Of a DNA stretch of 64,000 nucleotides, positions 41,495 through 52,572 are shown piece by piece. The position numbers and the translations under genes are program-made. Origin of the DNA: Ruditapes philippinarum (Eukaryota). Numbering within the stretch: position 1 is the first letter of the stretch; every line of letters begins with the position of its first letter. Location: the NCBI RefSeq assembly GCF_026571515.1, contig NW_026858315.1, forward strand, positions 1 through 64,000, written 5' to 3'. Under the pieces are notes generated by a model that searched no databases, was not told where the DNA came from, and saw nothing but the letters and a program-made list of their open reading frames with translations.

Positions 41495-41760
41495 GGGGCG
41501 CCCGTGACCAGTGGTAAAGGTCGTTGACTTCAGACCGCTGTGAGTTCGAATATCGACAGGGACTATGTATTCTTTCATATGAGGAAGCTATCTAGCTAGC
41601 TTGCGGAACGCCTATGGTTCTATCCGGTTCCGGTGCCTGAAATAATGCATGGAAGGGCACCTGAAATCTCCCTCAACCAGTGAAGCTGAAACGTCGCCAT
41701 ATGACCTATAAGGTGTCCGTGCGACGTAAAACCCAAGGAACAAAAAACAAACAAAGAAAT
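41495..41760 (+). mobile_element. tRNA-derived SINE
   Basis: A-box-like GTGACCAGTGGTAAAG, B-box-like GAGTTCGAAT, body with GGTGCC..GGCACC and CATATGACCT, (AAAC)n tail; related 3' fragment at ~63290-63445. Confidence 0.75.
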
Positions 41761-41825
41761 AAAACAAAAACAACACACATACAGAAAAACAGTATAAACA
41801 CGAAAAACAAAAACAACAACAGAAA

Positions 41826-41879
41826 CCACACACGCACGCACGCACACACCAACGCACACACACGCACACACACGCACAC

Positions 41880-41918
<39 letters not shown>
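41826..41918. repeat. (CA)n/(CACG)n microsatellite
   Basis: Direct reading. Confidence 0.95.
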
Positions 41919-41923
<5 letters not shown>

Positions 41924-42240
41924 CTAAATTATTAATACATTAAAGATAAAAATAAAAGCTTAAAAATTATATTTGTATTATATTTGTATAAATACGTAAA
42001 ACCAAATTAAAGCACAAAACATTGCAATATGATTAAATAGTGCCGTGTAGGGAAAGTCCTTTCGCTGCAATTTGTCTATTTGATAGAAAGTATTGGCACT
42101 ATTGGTGTTTTTAAGAAAAAGACATTAGTCCTGTATTTGTTATGACATGATCACAATGTCACCTTTAATTAATGTAGGTCATTCAATGCTTATCATGTTG
42201 TCATTTTATGACACTTGTATGTCCTAATTTTTTTATAGAG

Positions 42241-42295
42241 TATAAAAAGGACACATCTCACCTCGGTATATCACTGATAGGACTCCATCTGAAAG
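42241..42295 (+). promoter_or_regulatory. Candidate TATA box and non-coding exon 1, peptide gene 3
   Basis: TATAAAAAGG at 42241, donor AAG|GTAGC at 42295/42296; same TATA-to-donor spacing as copy 2. Confidence 0.55.
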
Positions 42296-43821
42296 GTAGC
42301 AATGATCTTTCTTTCTTTTCTTAATTCTAATAATAATGTTTTAGATTTTTTTAACTGGCATAATAGTTTTGATTATGCTTTGAAGACAGTGCTTATTGAC
42401 GAGTTGTATTTTCTGTTGTTTTTTTATCTAAAAATTTTATTTGTTTCTATAGTTTCAAAGCAATGTTAGTTCCACTAGAAGAGAACAAAACTATTATTTA
42501 GATGTGTATATGTAACTTGAAACATATGGTACTAAATGTAAAAAGACGTACGAAGATAATAAACAATCATTTATTTAAAGTTCAACATTAAATAAAAAAT
42601 TGCATATACATATAGTAAGTGACTCTATAAAACTCTGGATAGTTGAATTATTTCAACTTTAGTATCTGAATTCAATATTTATAAAAATAAATAAACTTAT
42701 AGAATACGGACATTTTATTACATCTTGTTTTGAAATATTTTCTTTTACTTTGAATATCAATGGGATGTACAAATGGAAATGATACTCATCTTCAATATCA
42801 GAAGAACTGAAGCATAACTTTTCTTACATATTTATATTTGTAATATCTGCCAGTTTGTACTCTTAAATGCAAACTAGTTATCCCTAAACTACAAAAATAA
42901 AATCTAAAACATCTTGACAAGATATGACAAGTTCAAACTCAAAAGTACTCAAATGTAGGTTTAACGTTATATAATATCATACACAATTTATAACTTGTCT
43001 TGAAACAATTAATTTAATAGCATACACATTATTAGTAACATACGAAAATAAATAATCATCCGATAGTTTTTTTTCCACTTTTAAAAACAGAATTTTTCTC
43101 TAGATCATTTATCCTGTTTAGAAAGCCCACACTGCCCTTGATTACTTTTGAATTTATGTCAAATACATTATTATCAGAGTTATCATCGTGCAAGAAGCAA
43201 TTGGTTTTCTTAAGAATGTCGCTTACAGAATAATATAAATCAAAATATAAAGACGGACCTTGTTTGTTCAAATAACTATCTATCTACTTTTTCCTCTTTG
43301 ATTGCCATTGTTATTTCAATTTTTCATATTTCACATAATACCAAGGCAACTCATTTTCTCTTCATTTTATACTTAACTGAAATTATTTACATTTCATTTA
43401 TACCGGTTTTATAGAAGTTCTACCATTACGTCTGATGAGCACTTATACAACAACAGTGTACTTATCTTTCTGTCTTATATGGTTGAATATTCCTACCATT
43501 TCCATTGTATTCACATACATTTTGTATATGTATTTACAAGGTATTCTATATGTATGATACAATAAAATCAAAAGTGTCATTTGTTCCATCCATTAATATA
43601 GAATAGTGTGCTTGGAGATTATTTTTCAAGAAAAATTATGCGACTCCAGGCCGATATAATCAGTAAATTTATGAAAATCGTGATGAAATTGTTTAAGAAA
43701 CAAAATCAGATTTTAGAATGTACTAAAAATACTCCGGTTATAAATGATAAATACATATAGTTCGTAATTATTTCATCAAGAGTAATAACTGGTAGTAGTT
43801 CATTCATTTGTAGCTGAAAAC

Positions 43822-44852
43822 ATGAAGATTGCCATCCTTTTACTTGCTGTGTTGCCATTTGCCATGAGTGCAAAGATTGACGACAAACGTTTCATTGAGA
43901 GTTTACTGGGTGGATATGACAGTAAGATTCAGTCCAATAGAAACATTCCTGAAAAAGCCACATTTAGCCTAAAATGAATACATTTTCTTTTGAAGAATTG
44001 GGGAAAATAATACATGTATAGTAGTTCATACTTAGTCTATACATTGTAATAGTGGATTTTGACCATGTTCAATTTAAGCAAATTTTAAAGTGCTCTGGTC
44101 AAGTGTAATAATTTGAACACTGTAACACTCACAATAAGCTTTTAAAAAGTTAAATGATATCATATTAAGTATATCGACTTGTCATTAGGAATACTTAATA
44201 TAGAACATTTAAGCTGCTAGTATTAAAACATGAAAATAATCTATCAATGTTTTTATTTATGAAAGTTGTATTTTATGTATGAAACTATAAAATGTATAAT
44301 CATGTTATAAAATCTTAATTATCACTTTCTTTATAGTTCTTGCCCTTGCCAATCAACTTCTTAGTCAATTTGGATGTGACGAGACTGAAGCACAATGTGA
44401 AAGCACATTGTGTCCACAAGTTCTCAACAAAATAGACGGCCACAATACCCTCATTACAAATCTTGTCTGTACTGGAGTTTGCAAAGAGTTCGTATACACA
44501 CATTACAAAATAAAAATACTATTTTTTTGTCCAAACCTATCTAAAATATTTATTAACTTACAAATTAGACATATGCTGTAAACTATAATATAAGAAACAT
44601 TTCACTTCGTTAAACGAAACACACTATACTACGTCTTTTAAAAGTACTAAATCAAATGTAATTGTATTTTAATCATTGCTAAATATGTTTATTTCCTATT
44701 TTATATGGTAAAACAATAATATTTTCATCAAATTCTAACATAATTTATCAAATATATTTTGTCTTTTCAGGTCTCAAGTGCTAGCAAAACAATTTGCACA
44801 TGGTCCAGTCAATGGGATTGACCCATGCACTGGTGGAATTTCTGGACGTTAA
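43822..44852 (+). CDS. Secreted 6-Cys prepro-peptide, copy 3 (110 aa)
   Basis: Exons 43822-43921, 44337-44487, 44771-44852: MKIAILLLAVLPFAMSAKIDDKRFIESLLGGYDILALANQLLSQFGCDETEAQCESTLCPQVLNKIDGHNTLITNLVCTGVCKESQVLAKQFAHGPVNGIDPCTGGISGR*; AATAAA at ~44875. Absent from the ORF track. Confidence 0.93.
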
Positions 44853-44972
44853 ATATGTTAATATGCAAAAATTGAATAAATAAAATATTCCATATAAACA
44901 TGATTGTTATGTGATTTTTACTAATTTTGGCAAATTAACAATCGTGAATCTTGTCACTCTATGAGAATAAAT

Positions 44973-45204
44973 GTGACGCGTCACGACAAACCAACATAAT
45001 GGGTTTGCGACCAGCATGGATCCAGACCAGCATGCGCATCTGCACAGTCTGATCAGGATCCATGCTGTTCGCTATCAGTTTCTTTACTTGTTATAGGGTC
45101 TGAAAGCGAACAGCATGGATCCTGATCAGACTGCGCGGATGCGCAGGCTGGTCCGGATCCATGCTGGTTGCAAACCCATGGTTGGTTTTGTCGTGATGCG
45201 ACTC
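44973..45204. mobile_element. Palindromic Sola-like MITE, copy 7
   Basis: AAAT on both flanks; the paralogous site at ~48577 is empty. Confidence 0.85.
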
Positions 45205-45983
45205 AAATGTATTACAAATGAATAACGGAAAATGTGTATAATATATCTGCCATTAAATAGATAATTTTGAAGCATTGTCAACCATATCAATTAAAAGCAC
45301 TTTTATCCATCTACAGAACGTTTTAATAAATCAATTATTTGTTAACGTAATGCAGCATTGATGTTATGTCTTTAATCTATGTTTAAGAGTCATTAAAATG
45401 CAACGTTTCTTACGCTTACCATACTAAACTGCAACCGTATCGTTCACCATATGCAACAAGATATTTCAGCAACGTTAAGCAAAATGGTTTTCTTTTTTCT
45501 ATGTTCAATATGTTATAAGTTAAATAGCTAAAACACTCCTGCATTTTATTAACATTCGGATTGAAAATGTCACAGTGTCACTAATCATTATGGCTATTTA
45601 ACAATTGCTGAAATTTTGAAATCATTCGATTATCTTTCATAAAATTATAGTTACTTTATATATCCAAACTACATAACAATTAACAGTCGTTTCAGAACTG
45701 AATGTGGTGAAATCCCTTTCTAAGTTTTACAGTTTCTGATTGAACTTTTTTCACTTGAAAGTGTATATTGTAAGTGTAAATATCCAGCAAGCTGGAATTA
45801 CTGCTCACAAACCAAACCAAACAGAAAACAACACAGTGATCAATCTAAATTACAAATGGTTCTTTTATTATATATTATATGGTATTGACTATTTCTGTTA
45901 AATACTGTTCTGTTCTAGATACCACTGTTTATCACCTGACCTTTACGGAAATTAATGAAGTGCCAGGTCAATATTGTTGGACA

Positions 45984-48400
45984 ATAACGAATCAGTTTGA
46001 ATTACCGTTATTTAACCTTCTTTACTTTCTTTACTTTCTTTAATAGAAGCAATGAGTTCAAACTTTGACTAATTGCAAAATATTTCTATAAACTGAAAGT
46101 TCAAAAAGCAATATACCGAATCACTTTACTCATTGGTAATCTATAGAATAGATTCATTGTCAAAGAAAAAAAATATTGACATACATATCACGTTAATACC
46201 TCCTACTTTAGCTACTTTAATTTAAACATAAAGGTTAAAGATAGGAGAGTGTGGTTATCAAAAGGCTGTCATAAATAAACCTCTATTAATCTCATCAAAA
46301 ACAAAGTACTCAAAACGACACACAATATTAAAGCATAAAAGAGTAAGTTGTATTGAGTAAGTAAAATTGCAAACAAGGATTATACATGTTCTTGCGGAGG
46401 CAGATCAAAGAACGTTTGATAATTAAAATCAAGTTATTTATGTTTCGTATTTCTTGGTTTAGGTTGAGCTTTATTAATGTTTGAACCACAAATTTGTGCA
46501 TCTTGTACTGCTCTTGAAACCATTCAATTTTAAATTCATGTTGGATTAATTTTATGCAATCAAATGAATGTAACTATTAGTGAATTTAAATCAAACATAT
46601 TAAACGAGCTTAATGGCGTGTTTTTAATTGTTTAAGGCTCAAAGTGCATGTTTTTGCATGAATCTGCAGTGATAGCATAAAAAACATTAAAATAGTTTTG
46701 ATAGAGTGTTTACAGTTCGGGGCAAGATTTCTACCCAAGCGTCAGTGGTAATGGCTTGAAAATGGAAAGGCAATAATAAGTTAATTTCTGTCAAAATTTG
46801 GTTTCCATTTTATGGAAAATATGCCCATCTATCCTGGAGTATACAGTTACTTTGCGTCTGACTTGGCCTTAACCGCCGTTTTATTTGGTTATATTTCATT
46901 AAGACACACATATATTTAAAGAATTGAATTGAGCTGAGTGTATGCTAATGATTAATGCTGAGAAATCTAGTATGTTCATTATGTACAATTTTTTTTACAT
47001 TGATATAAACATCAAAACGTTTTAAATTATCTTCTAACATGTGTACCAAAACATTGCTAGTCCGTTCACCCTTGATCTGATAGAGATAACATCTGATTTT
47101 TATAGCGTTTCTTATAAACACACTAGAGTAACATTTACAAAGTTCAGTTTCTTAAGATTTATGTGTTTTATGGCAGTTTTTAAAGATTTTACTATGTAAA
47201 TAGAGGCAATTGATAAATTATATATAATATGAAGACCTTCCTTTCAACGGACCTTGTTGGTATTAATTTACATGTATACAAGTGTTCTTTAACACGTGAT
47301 TATGTAATGCTATTGGAAAATTAAGTGGTCAAAACTTTGTATCAAATATTTAAAATGTAGTACTGTCAATAGGTCTCTATGGTAGATAAACAGAACATAA
47401 CTATGTTAGTTAAAGAAGTGAACAGTTTATGCTTAACTTGTTATCCAAAAGGAAGAGTGAAATATTTCTGTTCTTATGAACTATATGATAGTACTTTATC
47501 ATGTTTTTAAGCAATGAAAAGTGTCTCAATAAATGTGTTTAGATTGGTTTTTACATTTAAATGCTATGTATTTTTTTCATATTGTAATGTGATATGTAAA
47601 AATGAGACAATAAACTATATAAACTATCTAATTTATTTTAAAAGCAAACAAATCATGACTTCATATGACAAAAAATAACAGTGGTCGGCTTTTTGATCCC
47701 TTCACATTATCGCCTACCACATTATGCGAAATTGTCATCACCCACTTAAAACTGCCCACTTTTAAACCTACCGCTTACAATTGAATTAGTTTACTTTCAT
47801 GCAAATTTGCTTAGTTCTTTAACACTGCACTAAAAGGATTTTCGATAATTCGACGCTTGAACTGATTTTAATATAAGTATAAACATACTTAACATTGTGT
47901 TATATTTAGCGCAACTTGCATGACTCAATGCGGTTTAAAGTATATTTTTGACACATGAAAAATTCAACATAATTAAATTCTTTTTGAAAATAAAAGAAAT
48001 CTGTGCGAACTTTAGGTGCACAGCCTTGATTTCAGAAAAATAGGTGGATATGACTAGGTCTTTTGGCATTCTCCATTAATTAAACCTTAGCTTATATGAT
48101 GTTCAAACTTTTCAAATTTATTGTAATTTATTGAAGCATGTTAGGAAAGAGAGAAAATAAGAATCCATAAAAAGCGTCAAAAACGGAAAATGGAAAATGC
48201 TGTAGACTCGGTTTGATTGGGCCTGTTCATGGATGGCACTGGAAAGTGCAAGGTAACGTCCACGCCTCCATACAAAAGTAATGTTAGTATTCTTATATAG
48301 GTTTTTACAATATCAGTTTGTACATATCCGTTATATACTAACGAATAACACAGCATATGTCAAAACTGTTAAGTTTAATTTCAAAGAATACTTTGAACAT
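45984..48400. repeat. Segmental duplication block B, direct repeat of ~54481-56414
   Basis: Collinear identity from ATAACGAATCAGTTTGAATTACC to TACTTTGAACAT, with indels. Confidence 0.9.
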
Positions 48401-48460
48401 TTTGCACATGGTCCAGTCAATGGGGTTGACCCATGCACTGGTGGAATTTCTGGACGTTAA
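48401..48460 (+). pseudogene. Orphan 5'-truncated last exon of peptide gene 3 (FAHGPVNGVDPCTGGISGR*)
   Basis: Near-identical to 44793-44852, no splice acceptor, no upstream exons; starts duplicated block 48401-49648 (copy of ~44793-45900). Confidence 0.88.
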
Positions 48461-48703
48461 ATATGTTTATATGCAAAATTGAATAAATAAAATATTAAAT
48501 ATAAACATAATTTGTCATGCGATTTTTACTCATTTTGGCAAATTAACAATCATGAATCTTAACACTCTATGAGACTAAATGTTTGTCCAATGAATATCGA
48601 AAAATATGTATAATATAACTGCCGTTAAATAAATAATTTTGAAGCATTGTCAACCATATCAATTAAAAGCACTTATGTCCATCTATAGAACGTTTTAACA
48701 AAT

Positions 48704-48929
48704 GAGCCACGTCACGACAAAACCAACATAGTGCGTTTGCGACCAGCATGGATCCAGGCCAGCCTGCGCATCCACAGTCTGATCAGGATCCTGCGCTTAC
48801 CAACTCTATTACAAGAAGAGAAACTGATAGCGAACAGCATGGATCCTGATCAGACTGCGCGGATGCGCAGGCTGGTCTGGATCCATGCTGGTCGCAAACA
48901 CACTATGTTGGTTTGTCGTGACACGGCTC
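48704..48929. mobile_element. Palindromic Sola-like MITE, copy 8
   Basis: AAAT|GAGCC...GGCTC|AAAT; the paralogous site at ~45328 is empty with a single AAAT. Confidence 0.9.
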
Positions 48930-50162
48930 AAATCAATTATTTGTTAACGTAATGCTGCATTGATATTATGTCTTATTTCATGTTTTAGAGTCATTAAAAT
49001 GCAATGTTTCTTACGCTTACGTACATACAATGGGTTAAACAGTATTCAATCGACAACGCTTAAAGAACATTGTAATAAAAATGATGACAACTGACCAGAA
49101 AAATAACAATGATATCGAGTAGGGGACAACGTTTTAAAGCCACCCCCTTGTTGTAACTGGTTGATTTGTATTTCAACCATACTAAACTACAACAGTATCG
49201 TTCACCATATGCAACAAGATATTTCAGCAACGTTAAGCAAAAGGGTTTTCTTTTTTTATGTTCAATATGTTATAAGTTCAATAGCTAAAACACTCCTGCA
49301 TTTTATTAACATTCAGAAGGAAAATGTCGCAGTGTCACTAAGCATTACTATTGCTATTTAACAATGTTGTTTTTTTTTTTAAATCATTCGATTATCATTC
49401 ATAAAATTATAGTTACCTTATACATCCAAACTCTTTAAACATGAACAGTCGTTTCAGAACTGAATGTGGTAAAATCCCTAAGTTTCACAGTTTCTGATTG
49501 AACTTTTTTCATTTGAAAGTGTCTATTGTAAGTGTAAATATCCAGCAAGCTGAAATTACTGCTTTCAAACCAAACAGAAAACAACAAAGTGATCAATCTA
49601 AATTACAAATGGTTCTTATATATTATATGGTATTGACTATTTCTGTTAATATACATATCCTTTAAAGTTGTCCGAATCCTTTTTTACTTCTTAAGAAATT
49701 GAAAATAAAATGATTTCAAATATGAGAATTAATAATTATACTCGTATTTAAACTGCGCACGCTGGTATTCAAGAAAAAACATACATAGAAAGTGCGCGAT
49801 ATAAAAACAGTTTATTGCAATGACGGCCAAATGTCCATTGCAATCGCACATGCACTTGGAAAGCATGGCGAAATGGTTCATTATACGAAATAAAAAAATA
49901 AAGGATTAAGATGTATATTTTTATGCAAGAATATCGCTTACGCACCTTTTTTGTGCACCAACATCTACAGGTTAGTCCTCTGGCTTGGGCTTAAAATGCG
50001 CCCACGTGGGTCTCCAGATGTTAATGCACGAAATATGAGGCATATATATATATTGTTATTCAATGTATATAAATATGGTCAACTCTTGTTATCATTGCAT
50101 CAAATGACCTTTCTTATCGTGTCCATTTTCGACAATTATGTGGCCGGATTTGTTCTCGCCCT

Positions 50163-50227
50163 TATAAAAGGACCGGAGATTCCTTCAAGAATACAAGTAA
50201 ATCATTCTCTCGGACTTACTAAAACAG
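50163..50227 (+). promoter_or_regulatory. TATA box and non-coding exon 1, peptide gene 4
   Basis: TATAAAAGG at 50163; donor CAG|GTAACA at 50227/50228. Confidence 0.65.
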
Positions 50228-50852
50228 GTAACAAGAATATAGATGTTTCAGATAAATAAAAGCATTGATTTATAGAATAGAATACGTAACTTAAACTGTT
50301 TTTGGAATTGAAGAATATTAATCTTTAGAAAATTGGCGAATATGATTAATTATTCTGTGAAAAATGCATACTATTATATCTACTCTTTGTTAGTGTATTA
50401 AGGATATATAGTAATTGTGAATGTTTGTTATAGGCAGAGAGAGAATGAGCAGGTTTTACATGAATTTCTGAAATGGAATATTTTAATAGGGAAAATTTCT
50501 TTTTTTTATTATATTACTTAAATTATGTGCATTAAAATAACGGAGGCAGCATTTCATAAAATTATGTCGAGTTAATTCCACAACATAACTGTTGACGTTT
50601 TTAAATCAAAATTTTATTAGTTTAAATAATAAGTTGTTTTTAATTTGGCTTCATGCCATTTAAGAATTTAATTTGTTCCACCATCTATTAAAAGCCGTTA
50701 ATGTTTCTCTCGTCTAAAACTAAAAAAATAGCTGACGTTGTGTTTCTTTTTTGAGCTCTAACAACACGTTTCTGCATTTTTATTTAATCTTCATATCTAC
50801 ATTATTGTTTATATTGTACTCATAATTACTTTCTCTATGTTCATCAGGAACA

Positions 50853-52572
50853 ATGAAGATTGCTATCTTTTTACTTGCTGTGTTGCCATTTGCCATGAGT
50901 GCAAAGATTGACGACAAACGTTTCATTGAGAGCTTACTGGGAGGATATGACAGTAAGATATGTCTATAAAATGAGCCGCGTCACGACAAGACCAACATAA
51001 TGGGTTTGCGAGCAGTATGGATCTGCGCAGTCTGATCAGGATCCATGCTGTTCGCTATCAGTTTCTCTACTTGTTATAGAGTTTGTAAGCGAACAGCATG
51101 GACCCTGATCAGACTACGCGGATGCGCAGGCTGGTTTGGATCCATGCTGGTCGCAAACGCATTACGTCGGTTTTGTCATGCCGCGGCTCATATTTTATGA
51201 CACAATGCTACAAAACTTACAATACAACCTATATACCAAAATAAATGTAACATGATTGTGTAAAAACTATGTTGTATAAAAATAAAGAATTAGCAAGTAT
51301 ACATATGCATTTAAACGAGAAAAACATCATATCCTTTTAACTTATCATTGTTTTGTACAATTCAGTATATATTCTTCCTACAATGAAAGTACCATAAAAC
51401 AAATGCTGCATTTAAGAAGATGAAGCAATCACCATGTGATAATTCCATGTGAAATATTATCTATTTAATTGTTAAATAATGATCAAAGATAAAATCTCAA
51501 AATTTACAATTGTATTTCATTATCGTCTTTGTTTCGCGAAATATTATTCAAATTATTGAGTTAAATGACATACAATCTTTAGTTTTACAATGCATAAATT
51601 GTTGAAGTATCAAATACTTTCTTATGTGTGCCATACAGATTGACAGAATTCAATTTTTGACTGCAAATATTTAAGCTGAATATATTTATTTTAGTTTCAA
51701 GTTTGTTTTACACAGTTTTTATAGTGAAAAACTTTATAAAATTAGTGAAGAACTTTATAAACAAATTTATCCATTAAAATGCAGGAATATACTTATTAAA
51801 AAAACAGTTGCTAATCGTTATATTTTCTACTTGTTTTAACCATCATCTGTTTTTTACAGTTCTCAATCTGGCCAATCAGCTCCTTAGTCAGTTCGGATGT
51901 GACGAGACTGAAGCTCAGTGTGAAAGAGAATTATGTCCACCACTTCTTGACAAAATTGACGGACACAATGCCCTTATCACCGGACTGGTCTGTGCTGGAG
52001 TCTGCAAAGAGTAAGATTATTTCTATTTTTATGATAAACTAACATTGTTATGAAATTTTTATTAGTGGGTAAAGTAATGTTTTGCAGCAAATATCCAAAT
52101 CATTTTAAAACAATTTTTTTAAAGCGACTATTTGGGAAATCGATATTTTTGTTATTATAGATGAAACCAAACTATAACGGGACACACGGTGCTTAAAATA
52201 AGGTTGAATGTACAGTTTTTGATAAATCATATTAGAAATTTCAGTAATTATATAGTTATTGTAGATTTTGACATACTGGTACATTAGCTGTTAGTCTTTA
52301 CGGCCGATGACGGATGTATATTATCGTGTCTCTTTTTAAGTTATTTTTAAAAATCTGTATATCTTATATCGGAGAATATTAATGGAGATATTCTAGTTCG
52401 ACAAATTGTTCCATTTGATTGTTTAAATTTATATCATAGTTACACGTCATTCCTCATATATTAAAACTTATTTACATTTTATTTCAGAGCACAAGTTCTG
52501 TCAAAACAATTCGCAAATGGTCCCGTAAATGGAGTTGATCCATGTACTGGAACAGCCACCAGTGGTCGTTAA
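50853..52572 (+). CDS. Secreted 6-Cys prepro-peptide, copy 4 (111 aa)
   Basis: Exons 50853-50952, 51860-52010, 52488-52572: MKIAIFLLAVLPFAMSAKIDDKRFIESLLGGYDILNLANQLLSQFGCDETEAQCERELCPPLLDKIDGHNALITGLVCAGVCKEAQVLSKQFANGPVNGVDPCTGTATSGR*; AATAAA at ~52616. Confidence 0.93.
50973..51189. mobile_element. Palindromic Sola-like MITE, copy 9 (intron of peptide gene 4)
   Basis: GAGCC...GGCTC; flanks AAAT/ATAT; 20 nt after the splice donor. Confidence 0.85.

Noticed and set aside
41495-41570. tRNA gene
   Set aside because: A/B boxes are present but I see no cloverleaf, and the sequence continues into a SINE body and tail; the same applies at ~10900.
41612-41922. Cys/Val- and His/Thr-rich ORFs
   Set aside because: They derive from the (CA)n microsatellite and SINE tail.
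34875-52572. Naming the peptides as defensin, saposin, attractin or conotoxin
   Set aside because: Cys spacing, charge and motifs do not match those families as I recall them; left unassigned pending a database search.
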